A stretch of DNA of 63,976 nucleotides, filler included, from Folioceros fuciformis (Eukaryota), in NCBI GenBank assembly GCA_049999805.1. It is 11 parts of 11 records of this genome, joined end to end, with 100 filler letters (N's around TTAATTAATTAA, not from the genome) between each part and the next. Parts side by side here need not be neighbours in the genome. Positions count along the whole stretch, not along the records: positions 1 to 15,163 come from JBNGIO010002166.1; 10 more parts are not named here. One strand, given 5' to 3'. Shown here one piece after another: positions 1 to 12,253 of the stretch; position 1 is the stretch's first letter; every line of letters starts with the position of its first letter. The translations under genes and the position numbers were made by a program. The notes under the pieces were generated by a model that had not been told where the DNA came from, did not search any database, and was given only the letters and a program-made list of their open reading frames with translations.

Positions 1-737
1 CCTATTATCAGAAGGTTAAGTGAGTGCCTCAATTGCTCTTGAGATTCCATCATAGTTGCATTGATTGTATCAAAAGGCGAGACAAGCAATCCCTAGGAAT
101 TAGAAACGTCAAGCGGAGTAGAGGGTTGGACCTGTTCCTTGATGAACTGGCTGACCTCCTGTTGCACAATCACTTTTGTCGCAGAGGTGTGATTTGCAAC
201 TTCAAGCTTTGAGACTGCCAATCTGCCAGTCATTGTCTTAAGTTCTTTGTGCACAAATTGCTTTAAAGTTGTGCATTTGGCATCCATAGAGGTGGAGGCT
301 CTTTGCATGATGTCATCCCGTAATATGGGGACATCCTTGTTGATCATACACTCGGCCGATAACTCCTTCTTCATAGAGTCCATGATGCCCTCCCGCAATT
401 TTGGGATGTCCGTCTTGGGCATATAAGTTGTGGACAAGTCATTTTGAAGGCAATTCATCTATTGCTGGTGATGTTTCCAAAGATTCGATCGAATTTGAGG
501 GAGATGAAGCTTGGGAACAAATGTCGTCAGCTGCTTCTGGATAGACTTAATTTGGTACCTATTTTGAGTGATATCAGCTCGTATTATTGGGAATTCCACT
601 ACATGGACTTGCCTCAAGTTATCAATCTCTTTCTGTCGCGATTGAATTTTATCCTCATACTGTTGTTATCCTCATACTGTTGTTTCCCCGGCAGGTCCAA
701 GCACAACCTTGCAACCACAACCACAACCACATTATGT

Positions 738-790
738 AATGGACTACCACAACCACAAAATGGACTACCACAACCACAAAATGGACTACC
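738..790. repeat. 21-bp tandem repeat (aatggactaccacaaccacaa), about 2.5 copies
   Basis: Units visible at 738, 759 and 780. Confidence 0.9.
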
Positions 791-1723
791 CTTCTAAAAT
801 CTAAGCTAAGCATTTGCACCATTAACACATAAGTGATCTATGCCCCATCTCCGTTTAGTTCTTGCTTGCTCAGACTAAATAATGGTCTCTCGGGCTTGTT
901 TCTATAAAAGTCTGGGTGGCTTAAAAAAATAGCCACGTGTGGATAAGCAAAAACAATCGCTTCTTCAAAAGCCTCGGGCCGGGAGATACCGGTGAAGCGG
1001 GAGCCTATCGAAGGGAGACCGAAAGTGTCTTGGTACAGAGAGGGGTTTTTCGGTACCTATATTGGCGTGTCTACATTTGTGGAAAAAGGAGAAAAAGGTT
1101 CATGTCCGCCAAACACGCTCCTGTATGGGTACTGCGCTCCCCGTCTTCTACCACTGGCTCGGTGTTGCCGGCATCAGGTGACCTAGACTAGGTAGGTACC
1201 TTTCACTGTGCTCTTCGCCGTCTTCACTTCTCACTAACCTTGGTTACACAACGAGACTGGCGGTTTCACCTGCGCCAGACTCCAGGAGCTCCGGAGCTGG
1301 ACCATGCAGAGTTTGAGCAATTGAGCTGCGGTGCCGGGTTTGCAGGTTTGTCGTGTCCTATGCTGATCGGTCATTCAGAGGCTGGGGATGATGGGAGCCA
1401 ATTGCCGGAATGTTGTTCAGGGGGGTGTTCTACTGGTCCGGGATGGGTGGGGCTGAGGAAGATAGTGCAGAATTGTCTTGTTTTGCCTATGTCGGCAGGA
1501 CCGCGCAGGTGGAAGGGAAGTCGTGATCTGCTGCAGCTAGCACCTGGATCATTGAGAGCACGCTTGGAACGAGCTGGGTTGATATGTCAGATGCGGTTGG
1601 GGAGCACATGAGGTTGTGAAACCGTTTCACGATCGTCGTGTGTGAATCAGGTGAAGATGCGACTGACTGTACGACGAAGGTCCGTGGAGCTGAGCATCTT
1701 TGCGTGATTTTTAGAATTTGATC

Positions 1724-3724
1724 ATGGGGGATCTGAAGGCTCGACTCCTTCCCCCTCGGCTCCACACCTCTGAGGGTCCTGGTCGCCTGTTTGGACCGGT
1801 GCGACCCCTTTTTCAGGGTATGGATGGCCAGCAAATTAAAAAACGGGGGCAGCATGTTAAGAACTGGGTGAAGATTACCTCATCTGGGACTTCTGAAAAC
1901 CTTGAGGTAGACAAGGCTTCACTTATGAGGCGATGTGAGTTGCCGGCTCGCGATCTCCGCCTCTTAGATCCGAACTTTGTATATCCATCCACAATTCTTG
2001 GACGAGAGAAGGCAATTGTAGTGAATTTAGAGCAGATCAGGTGCATAATAACTGCGGATGAGGTCTTTGTTTTGGACTCCCAGGACCTTTATGTTCAACA
2101 ATATGTTCAAGAACTTAAAAGGCGTCTGTCCACGACGCATCATTCGGATGTATCTAATTTTAAGTGGAGGTCCACTGGTGGTCGATCTGTATTTGAACAG
2201 AAGGGTGGACTTGGAGTACGAGAGCATATTGGTAATGATGGCGATATTTTCAGTGGCTCATCGGCTGATGATTTACCTTTTGAATTTCGAGCACTTGAGG
2301 TTGCCTTGGAAGCAGCCTGTACATTTCTCGACTCTCAGGTGTGTGCCCACCTCTCATTCCAGCAGTAACCTTTGCTTGTATTAAAGATTTGTTCTAGGTA
2401 ATGCATTTATCATTTTCTGTCTTTGAGCACAGTTGTGAAAGCTTTATTTGTGTCTAGGAGGTATAATGTTTTGCATCTGACCGCCATCAAGGTTTCTCAC
2501 TTGCACGTAGGTAGTTTGGGGGCAGTTCAAGTGGGAGACATATTAGTACCTCAAGTCGATGTAGTGATAGGCATATGGTGTTGCATCTCCAAGGTCTGGG
2601 CAAACTCGCTCTTAACGGTGTTTCTCTCTTATCCAGGCAACTGCCCTTGAGAACGAGGCCTGGCCAGTGCTTGATGAGCTTACTAGTAAGATCAGCACTC
2701 TGAACCTGGAGCTGGTGCGTAAGTTGAAGTGCAGGCTTGTTGCTTGCACAAATCGGGTCCAAAAGGTATGGATTTAAGGCAGAGGTTTCTCTGACGTCTT
2801 GGAAGGGAATATTCGGAGCTATGTCAAGTGTGCCTCCTCCTCTGACATGTTCTTGACTGGGCTGTCTCAGGTCAGGGATGAGATAGAACAACTGATGGAC
2901 GATGATGGCGATATGTACGAAATGTATTTGACAGCGAAAAAGGGGGGAACAGGCTATCCAGGCTACGCTCCTTTGTCGCAAGGATCAGTAGGGTCTCTCG
3001 CCTCTCACTCGTGCCCTCCGTCGCCAAAAGCAGCTTCTAAGGCTTTGGAGAGGACATTAAGCATGGCAAGAGACAGTTTCTCAGATAGTGGTGGTGCTGA
3101 AAGGGTGGAGGAGCTAGAAATGTTGTTAGAAGCTTATTTTGTGGTGATTGACGGGACTCTCAGCAAATTGACGTCGGTATAGCTTCGACAAACTCTTTGA
3201 AAGCCCTGTTGAAGTCCTGGTTCGATTTACTATTTAGCGGCGTGCAGTACCTGAGCAGCTATGATGAGACGGTTTTGTTGAAATGAAAAGAGAGATGAGC
3301 TTGTCACACACACTTCAGTGCTCTAACTCGAGTCATCCGATGTACATACAGTTAAAAGAGTTCATCGACGACACGGAGGACTTCATCAACATTCAGCTGG
3401 TAAGGTTGTGATGATGCACCGAGATCTGGTCTGCTGTGGTTAGGATGGATACTCAAATGGGTGGATTAACCCCTCTCTGTCTGGTTGATTGTTTGGCAGG
3501 ACAATGTTCGGAACCAACTCATCCGATACGAGCTCATGCTCACGACTCTCACTTTCGTGTTCACCTTTTTCGGAGTGGTTGCAGGAGTGTTTGGCATGAA
3601 CATCCCGCTGTGGCTATTCGAAGAACCTCGAGCTTTCAAGTGGGTTCTCATCACAGCTGGGTCTTGTGGACTTCTGATGTTCCTGGCGTTTTATTGTTGC
3701 TTCAAGCGGCAGCATTTGATGTGA
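1724..3724 (+). CDS. MRS2: MRS2/CorA-family magnesium transporter (MRS2-1-like), 5 exons (~1724-2338, 2637-2765, 2871-3176, 3352-3399, 3501-3724)
   Basis: RRCELPARDLRLLDP.FVYPSTILGREKAIVVNLEQIRCIITADEV, LPFEFRALEVALE, EELEMLLEAYF, DDTEDFINIQL and the GMN motif between two C-terminal TM helices; GT-AG introns. Confidence 0.95.
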
Positions 3725-4540
3725 AGAGAGAGAGAGAGCAAGAGGTCGGGTCGGGTCGAGTCGTTTTTAGTCCAGCATGTACAAATGCGGTCCTGTAAAT
3801 TCACCCCCGCTTTTTAATTTATGCTGAAAATGAAGCGGTCCTCTTGTGTTAAGTATGTTTTTGTAATTGGGTGTTGGCGTGTTGGGAGCGTGGCCAATGT
3901 TGTGGCCTAGGAAAGACATAGGAAGAAGGGATCAAGGAAGGTGTGCGTGTAGTGATGCCATCGCCATATGCATGTCGTGATTGATTCAATTGGGGCGCCC
4001 ACTGGCCTTTCAGTTGGATCGGAGGACGCTCGATGAGTCACAGCCGTCTCGTCCCGTCGTGGCTGTGGACTTTTGCTCACGCCCCCATCGTGAACGAGGC
4101 AGCGAAGGTTCCAGAATAGCTGGCGGCCAACTCCTGTGTTGTGTGACAGCAAGTCTTAGATTGCAAGCACTCGCGGTGGTCGGTTTGTCGCTCAGCCCGG
4201 CAACCAGACATGGCATTATCGGCCGGGGCTCTAGCTGGATGTCATGTGGAATTGCGCATCACTTCTAGCTTCGGTGCCTTGTGCAGAGGCGAAGGCGAGG
4301 GCAATCACGGCCTTGGTCTCTTGGCCAGCCTATAGTATGCCAGACGAGGAGAGCAGTGGTCAGGGATGCAGGCTGATGTAAGCTGTAAGCCCGCTCCACG
4401 GGAGGTGCCACCAGCTGCCCCATCCGTTCTCTCTGTTTCGCTTGAAAACCTAAACGTGCTTCTGTGCTCCCGCTCTGTTGCTCTTGTTGATGCCCGCAAG
4501 CATGAAGGCAGCAGGAGACTGCTTTCTGCATCCGGCAGAC

Positions 4541-7500
4541 ATGGAACAGGGGCAGGAACAGGAGGAGCAGGAAGAGAAACAGGAGCAAGAGCAAGGACAA
4601 GAGCAGGAGGGAGGGGAACGTTCCTTTCTCGGCCCAATCTCGGGGGCTTTGCATTTAAGTGATGCAAATATTACGGCTTCCCCCTTTAAGGGTGTACCCT
4701 TGTATGTGTCTTCCGGTGCTTCTGCTGCGGATTTTCCTGTGGAGGACGGGGCAGTAGCTACTGAGGGTAAGGACGGCACGGGTCCCAAGGTCTACAGCAA
4801 GAGACGCTCCCTGCCCAAGCTCCACAACTCCGCTGGACTCTCCATCATGAAATCAGACGGCCGCGATGATGGTGATGACGACGATGACAGCCTCAGCCTG
4901 TTTGTTTTTATGAAAAAAACCAAGGCCCTAGCCAGGAAAAGATCTGGTACCATGCTCACCGCCACAGGTGAGCAGGCTCTGAGGGCCTCCTCCTCTGGTG
5001 CCCAGCCCTTGGATGGAAGTTCTGTGAAGATCGATCAGGTGGGTGGTGCACAAGTTGCTTCTACGGATGGAGGATCCGGGGGAGGGTTGTGTGTGAGAGA
5101 GGATGAAGGGCAAGATGCACATGATTCTGACATGCCTGATGATGACGATGAGGGTATGCAGGAAGCTGGCGGCCAGCAATCAGCACAGGAGCAAGAGGAT
5201 CCTGACCTACCTGTCCCTGTTAGCCCCTCAGACAGCAAGGCTGGTGGAGCTGCTTTGGAAGCAAAGGGGTCATCGAGGGATTTGGCCAGCACTTCTGGAA
5301 GCAAGAAGCGGCAGTCCACAGCCCTGTCCAAGCAGAAGCCCTCGAAAAGGTCACGCAAGGCTTCTCAGGGTGATAAGACAGAGACTGGGAAGGGCCGTAA
5401 AGCTTCTCAGGGTGATAAGACAGGGACTGGGAAGGGCCGTAAATCATCTCAGGGTGATAAGACAGGGACTGTGAAGGGCCGAAAAGCTTCTCAGGATGAT
5501 GGCACAGGGACTGGGAAGGGCCGTAAAGCTTCTGAGGACGAGGGCACAGGGACTGGGAAGGGCAATACCAATAAACGCCGAAAAGCAGGGAAGCGAGCAC
5601 CACCACCTCCTCCACCTCCTCGGCAACCCAGGAAAAGAAGGCATGATGACATGGCGTACGAGGGTGATGTAGAATGGGAAGTGCTCATGGGAGATCCTGA
5701 GAATGTTAATGATCTTTCAGAGCAGGATCGGTTTGGAAGAGGTAGGTCCAGTGCTGGCCTGTTTTCACCTGAATCTGATGTTGGAGAGGTGGCTGCTGTA
5801 GCTGCTGGTTTGAAAGCCCGTGCTCCTGGACCCTCTGAACGGATCCATTTCAAGGAGGCTCTGAAGAAGCGGGGTGGGCTCGGCGAGTACTTGGAATACA
5901 GGTGGATTTCCTGGCTTTTGCTTCGGACTTCTTGCATGTGCTTAGTGTTCGATTATAATTGGTATTGTGCTGCTCACTTATGGATGGGAACTGTGTTTGC
6001 ACTGACTTCTATGTGGCTTGAATTTAGGAACAAGGTCTTGGGGCTATGGGACAGGGACGTGAAATGCATTCTCAGTGTTGAAGATTGCATCCGCAGTCTG
6101 TTTCCATCCTCAGATACTTCTCCCCGGTCTCTCCTCGTTCGTGAAATTCACGAGTTTCTTGAAATTCATGTGAGTACATCACACCACCTCAATTGTCTGT
6201 CCCGATCGCTGATCAATTGTGGCTTCAACGACGCAAGGTTGAAGCATACCGTAACATTGATTTGCTTACTCTGCCTTCACACGTGACATGTCATTCACTG
6301 CGGGTGGTGTGGGGGGATGTCACTTGTTCCACAATTCCAGTGTCTTGATTAAATCACGGTCTGCTTGTTCAGGGGTACATCAACACTGGTCTAGCTGTGA
6401 AAAGGGAGAATTCTCTTCATGTAGAGAAAGATAGTGTGCAGTATGAAGGCACTGCTGCTGCTGAGGTGAATGAGGTGTTGAGTTTAAGCCATTCCCCTGA
6501 AGATGCTAGTGTTGTGGATGATGATGAAGCAGAAGCTGCGCTTATACTTGGACAGATACGAGGAGAACCCGAAAAGCTGCTGAGGTGTGTTTCAGAGCCT
6601 GGAAAACTCGGGTCGGAAATAGGTGAAAACGGAGTAGTCAATACGGTAAAGAGCGCTGAAATGAGTATGAGAACTCTGGACAGTGACAAGGGCCTTGACA
6701 TTCTTTCAGCTGACGGGGGGACGGATCCCATGGATATAGACGTTGCTGCAGGTTCAGACCTGCCTGCAGTCGCACAGGAGGTGAAAGGCCAAGATTCGAT
6801 TCAGCTGGATGGGATTGTTGAACAAAATTTAGGAGCGTTAGAAACGTTAGAAGGTAAATGTGGTGAGAACGTGGTTCAGTCGTTCCCACAGCCGGACGAT
6901 TTGTGTGGACCGTCAGCAGGGGGTGTAGGTAGTGAGCAAAAGCAACAACCTATGGCCGTGGACAGCTCTGAGCTGCTTTTGAGACGATCACTCAGTGCGC
7001 ATGAGCAATCAAAGAAGTCATTGGTTTCTTCTGATGGGCTTGATTTTAGGAGTGCTGAGGTTTTGCAGGGGCTTCATAAGGGTTCTTTTCAGCCCAAAAC
7101 CTTGTATAATGATCAGACTCACCTTTCAGATACACAACCAGAGGAGAAGACACTGAAGAAAACTGTTGTTGTTGTAGGTGCTGGGCCAGCTGGTCTGACA
7201 GCTGCGAGGCATTTGCAGCAGATGAAGTTTGATGTGATTGTGCTGGAGGCTCGCAATCGCGTTGGAGGAAGGGTTTACACAGATCGCACCAGCTTTTCTG
7301 CACCCGTTGATCTAGGAGCCAGTATCATTACGGGAGTTGAGGCTGACGTCGCAGCAGAGAGAAGGGCTGATCCTTCTGCTCTTCTCTGTAGGCAGCTGGG
7401 TCTGGAGCTGACGACATTGAGTGGTGATTGTCCTCTCTATGATTCTGTAACTGGGCTCAAGGTTCCTGCTGATGTGGATGCTGCGCTTGAGGCCGAGTAC

Positions 7501-10500
7501 AACAGCCTGCTGGACGATACAGTGGCTCTGGTTGCTCATAAGGGTGAAGCTGCTATGCGGATGTCACTTGGGGAGGGATTGGAATATTTACTGGATCAAC
7601 GCCGGGCAAGCAAACGAGCTGCTGAGAATGGGAGTATTGTATCTGGTGTTGCTGTGGAGCCTCTGGTAAACAGCACTGGACCGGAAGTGGACAGAACAGA
7701 CGTGTTGAAGTCATCCCAGATGGTCTCAAAACAAGATGACCTGGATTCTGCAGGTTGTCAAGTTGAGAGCGCACATGTAAGGCCATCATCCTATGAATCA
7801 GTAGGTGGGCTGGAAACAAGAGACAGTTTGGTTCCATCATTGCCTAAGCCAGTTGAGGAACAAGATGACCCAGGTACGGCCGCCTGTCAAATTGAGAGGA
7901 CGCATGCGAAGCCATCATGTGATGTACCGGGGGGCCTGGATACTAGAGACAATATGCTTCCTCCATCATCCGAGCCAGTTGAGGTTTTGACGGACGTCAG
8001 TTGCTTCAAGTCTGAGTCGCAGGGTTCGGGGACTGGGACTCAAGTGGCAAGTCGTCTTGAACGTCGCATAATGGACTGGCACTTTGCAAACTTGGAGTAC
8101 GGATGTGCAGCAGAACTCTGTAAAGTATCTTTGCCATATTGGAACCAAGACGATGTCTATGGAGGCTTTGGCGGACCCCACTGCATGATAAAGGGTGGCT
8201 ACAGCACTATAATGGAAGCCATGGGGGAGAACCTGAATATCCATCTTGGAAGTGCAGTAACCCATATCGCATACAGTGTAAAGGAGGGAGAAAATAAAGG
8301 CGAGTTGCAGAGAATGGTGAATGTGAAGACTGAAAATGGGGAAGTTTTTAGTGGAGATGCTGTTCTTGTTACTGTTCCTCTCGGGTGCTTGAAAGGAGAC
8401 TCAATAGAATTTGAGCCTTCATTACCAGACTGGAAGCTTGCATCCATAAGAAGGCTGGGATTTGGTCTTCTGAATAAGCTAGTCATGGAGTTCCCGTCTG
8501 TTTTTTGGGATGAGACAGTGGATTATTTTGGTGCAACTGCGGAGAGCACAGAGCTTAGGGGGAAATGTTTTATGTTCTGGAACCTGAAGAGAACTTGTGG
8601 TGTACCAATACTGATAGCTCTAGTTGTCGGAAGTGCCTCCTATGAGGGCGAGATGAAGGAGAAATCAGAAATACTAGATCACGCTTTAGTTGTGTTGAGG
8701 AAGTTGTTTGGAGAAGAACACGTTCCAGATCCTGTAGCTTCGGTCCTGACCAACTGGGGAAGCGATCCTTACAGCAGAGGCGCCTACTCATATGTAGCTT
8801 TGGGTGCCTCGGGTGAGGACTACGACATACTGGGTCGCCCAGTGGAGGGTTGTGTGTTCTTCGCTGGTGAAGGGACTTGTAAGGAACATCCAGACACAGT
8901 TGGTGGAGCAATGATGAGTGGACTTAGAGAAGCCATCCGAATTTTTAATATTCTTGAGAATCGTGGGGACTCAACTGCTGAGGCTGAAGCTATGGCAGCT
9001 GCACAAAGGCAGTCTGATAGTGAGAGGAATGAAGTGAGGGATATGGAGAAGCGACTTTCAGCTGCAGAGTTGTCTAATGCTCTTCGGGCTGATGTGGGGT
9101 CATTGCATGGAGAGCAGAGGTCCCTGAGCCAGTCCGATCTACTCAAAGATATGTTTCACCATGCTAAGACTACTGCTGGGCGGCTGTTTCTGGCGAAGGA
9201 AATGTTGCAGCTACCAGCATCTTCGCTGAGAAGTTTCGCTGGAACAAAAGTTGGGCTGAGTCTTTTAAACACGTGGATATTGGTACGTTAATTACTGCAG
9301 CGTTAATTTTTTTGTGCTTCACTAAGTCTATACCGTTGCATATTTAGAGGCCGCTTTGCTATATTTTCTGTATGTTCTGGCATATCAATGGTAGCTGCAT
9401 TGAAAGATCTGTTTTTGAGAGTGAACACAGTGCCATATGTGTTAACTTTTGGCATTCAGAGGGCATGTGTTTGGTCTTCATGGTTTGGGCTCGGTTTGCT
9501 TCACAACTTCCTGTTGTTAATCTTAACAGGACTCCTTGGGCAAGGATGGGACACAGCTGCTAAGGCTCTGTGTGCGTTTACTCCTTTCAGTTGCCACAGA
9601 TCTGTTCTGTATAAGACAATCTGGTAAGTTTGGTTTTCCTCAATGGTTGAAAGGGTTGTGCTTATGCGGGTAATTGAAGAAATCATATTTGTTGGACAGG
9701 TATTGGAAGGACGGTGAAGGAAAAGGTCTGGGTACATACTAGCAGGGACATTCGGGCTGTGGCAGGCCAGCTGGTCAAGAAGTGGGTTGAAGTGTTTAGG
9801 AAGGAGAAAGCTATCTACGGCATTCCAAAGTTGCCTAAGAGACTGAAGCCACAAGTTACTGGGAGCATAAGGGCCAAGGGAAAAGAAATAAAATCCAGTG
9901 TAGTTGTGGGGGAACAGCGTCCACTTGAGCTAAGTCCTGCGCCGGAAAACAAATCAACTTCTCTGAATGGCGGTTCACCAGCCAGTCAGAGCAAACGGCA
10001 TGTGGGTTCACCCCATTTGCAGGAATCTTCTCATGTTGATCAAGTCGTTCATGTGGAATCCGGTGCTGAACCTGGAAAGGATTTAGAGGCTGCCTCAAGA
10101 GTTCTTTCGGAGACGGAGGCAGCGGCTCTTGCAGCTGCAGAGGCAGCTCAAGCTGCTGCCAAGGCAGCCGCTGAGGTGTGCTTCAAAGATTCGTCTTTGG
10201 GTTTCTGTTGGTGTGCTCACCTAGATTCGGACACTCCTTTGACTTGCATTTTGTGGAATGCAATGGGCCTTATCCTGTATTGATGCTATTTGGTGGAGGT
10301 TGTCTATCCTTTCGGGTTAATGGGTGGCTATATTTGTGCAGGCATATGCAAGAGCAGAGGCTGAGCGAAATGCTCTGCCTGTTCTTCCCAAAATCCTATC
10401 ATTCCACAAATTCTCCAAGCAAGAGCAATTGGCAGTAAAGGACGAGGTGCCAGATTGGAAGAAAAAAAAGTGGTCTGATGGTGGAAAGCCAGGCCGCAGG

Positions 10501-11962
10501 CAAGTGTACTCTCCCACTAGTGGTCCTCTGGAATTTGGAGGTATTCACAAGATAAAAACCGTTCCTGGCAAAGAGCAGATGGCCAACACTGGTGTCCATC
10601 GAGATAGCTCTGGTGTCCATCGAGATAACTCCGGTATCCATCGGGATAACTCTGGTGGCCACCGGGATCAGTCTGTCGGCCGTCGGGATCACTCTGGGAG
10701 CCATCGGGATCACTCTGGTGGTTATCGAGATCACTCTGGTGGCTCTCGGGATCACTCTGGTGGCCCACGGGATCACTCTGGTGACCCTCGGGATCACTCT
10801 GGTGGCCCTCGGGATCACTCTGGTGGCCCTCGGGATCCCTCTGGTGGCCATCGAGATCACTTGGGTGGCCCTCGGGATCACTCTGGTGGCCATCGGGATC
10901 ACTCTGGTGGCCATCGGGATCACTCGGGTGGCCCTCGGGATCACTCTGGTGGGCTTCGAGATCAGTCCGGTGGCAATCGAGATACTGCTGTTACGCAGCG
11001 AGAGGTGTTGTTGGGACATCCAAGCACCCCGTTGTCCAAGATCAATCAGCAGGAGGACGAGAGGAGCAGAGTACGTGCAAGACAGATGAGTGCGAAGAGG
11101 GTTCTCAGTCCAACTCCAGCTGTGGATACACCACAAGAACACGAGGTTAAATTGGATATTGAAGCTGAGGAGAGGTTGCTGACAGATGCTGGGCAAGGTA
11201 ATGTTGTGGAGCCAACCAAGCCAGTGGATGCCTCCATAAGTTTGCCGCCAACTGGTGGGCGAAGGAACATCGAGCAGACACCCAAACCAGTGGATCCCTC
11301 TGCTTCGAGTGAGGCTGTGGTGGTTGTGCGAGAACCTCACCCTGTTCATCTTTCAGGAAAAGGAGAGACTAGACATGACGAGCCAAGTCAACCAGTTCAC
11401 CCAAAATCTGAAGGTAATCCACGGGTGGAATTAAAGTCACTGTATGATCAGGACACGAAGAAGGCGGTTGCTGAGTACATCGGGCATTTGCTGACTCCTC
11501 TCTACAAGTCAAGAAAGATTGACAAAGAGACGTACAAAACGATACTCAGGGGTGCGACTGCTAAGGTATGCGTAACAGCCGTCCCCTTAATAGCTGGTAT
11601 GTAGAGGGGTTAGTGTATTTTCCTCATTAGGGTCCTGCTGATGTGTTGGGCTGTGCATAGTCGTTTTGTCCATCTATGTTCATAGTGCCTTTGAATGTCT
11701 GTGTCCAAGGTAATGGAAAGGAAGTCAGGAAGCACTGAAGTGCAAGATGTTTCCGAGTTTCTTAATGTCAAACGCAAGAGTAAGGTAAACATGTTGCACC
11801 ACTCACATGCTGCATATGGTTGCTGCATCGCTGGGGTGGTGTAGTATTTCGTTGCTTGGCGTGGATTATGCCAGCGTTCTGACCGTAATGTGTGGTTGTG
11901 ATGAACAGATCCGATCGTTGGTCGATAAGTACATCGAGAAATATATGACTGGGAAATCTTAG
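4541..11962 (+). CDS. LDL3: Lysine-specific histone demethylase 1 homolog 3 (SWIRM, FAD amine oxidase, TFIIS-N-like, C-terminal SRI-like), about 8 exons; start codon uncertain (4502 or 4541)
   Basis: SWIRM (YLEYRNKVLGLW...HGYINTG across introns), VVVVGAGPAGLTAARHL, EARNRVGGRV, DLGASIITGVEADV, WHFANLEYGCAA, WGSDPYSRGAYSY, EHPDTVGGAMMSGLREA, VHTSRDIRAVAGQLV, LLTPLYKSRKIDKETYK...IRSLVDKYIEKY; TAG at 11960-11962. Confidence 0.93.
5354..5563 (+). repeat. Coding 42-bp tandem repeat x5 (RKASQGDKTGTGKG) in the LDL3 N-terminal region
   Basis: Five in-frame 14-aa units in ORF 4478..6286. Confidence 0.95.
10600..10983 (+). repeat. Coding 21-bp tandem repeat, 18 heptads (consensus RDHSGG[P/H]) in LDL3
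   Basis: cgggatcactctggtggccct-type units in frame in ORF 10324..11604. Confidence 0.95.
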
Positions 11963-12253
11963 TGCAAGGGCGAGCCAAAGAGAAGTTGGCTTGTGTCTAG
12001 GGACTAATAATTATTCTTTTGTAGCATTGTATTGCAAGTTTACGTTGAACTGCAAGATTATGGGTCTTTTGGGCCTTCGTATTGAAAACGTATGAGCATC
12101 TCGGTCTCCCTGGTGGGTGAGGCCAGTTAACTAACCTCAGGTTAGAAGAAGTCAGGGACAGTCGTAGAATATTCGAAATGCTGACCTAATGCGGTATGTT
12201 CCGACCGTGCCGCTGGTTTGGTGCCATGTATAAAGAGGGAAAGAGCATAAGTG

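Noticed and set aside
932..940. G-box GCCACGTGT upstream of MRS2
   Set aside because: A single short motif can occur by chance; there is no supporting evidence.
10399..11349. 316-aa antisense ORF (RVIPRAT repeats) and the GITLVAL alternate-frame ORF
   Set aside because: Shadow frames of the stop-free 21-bp repeat in LDL3.
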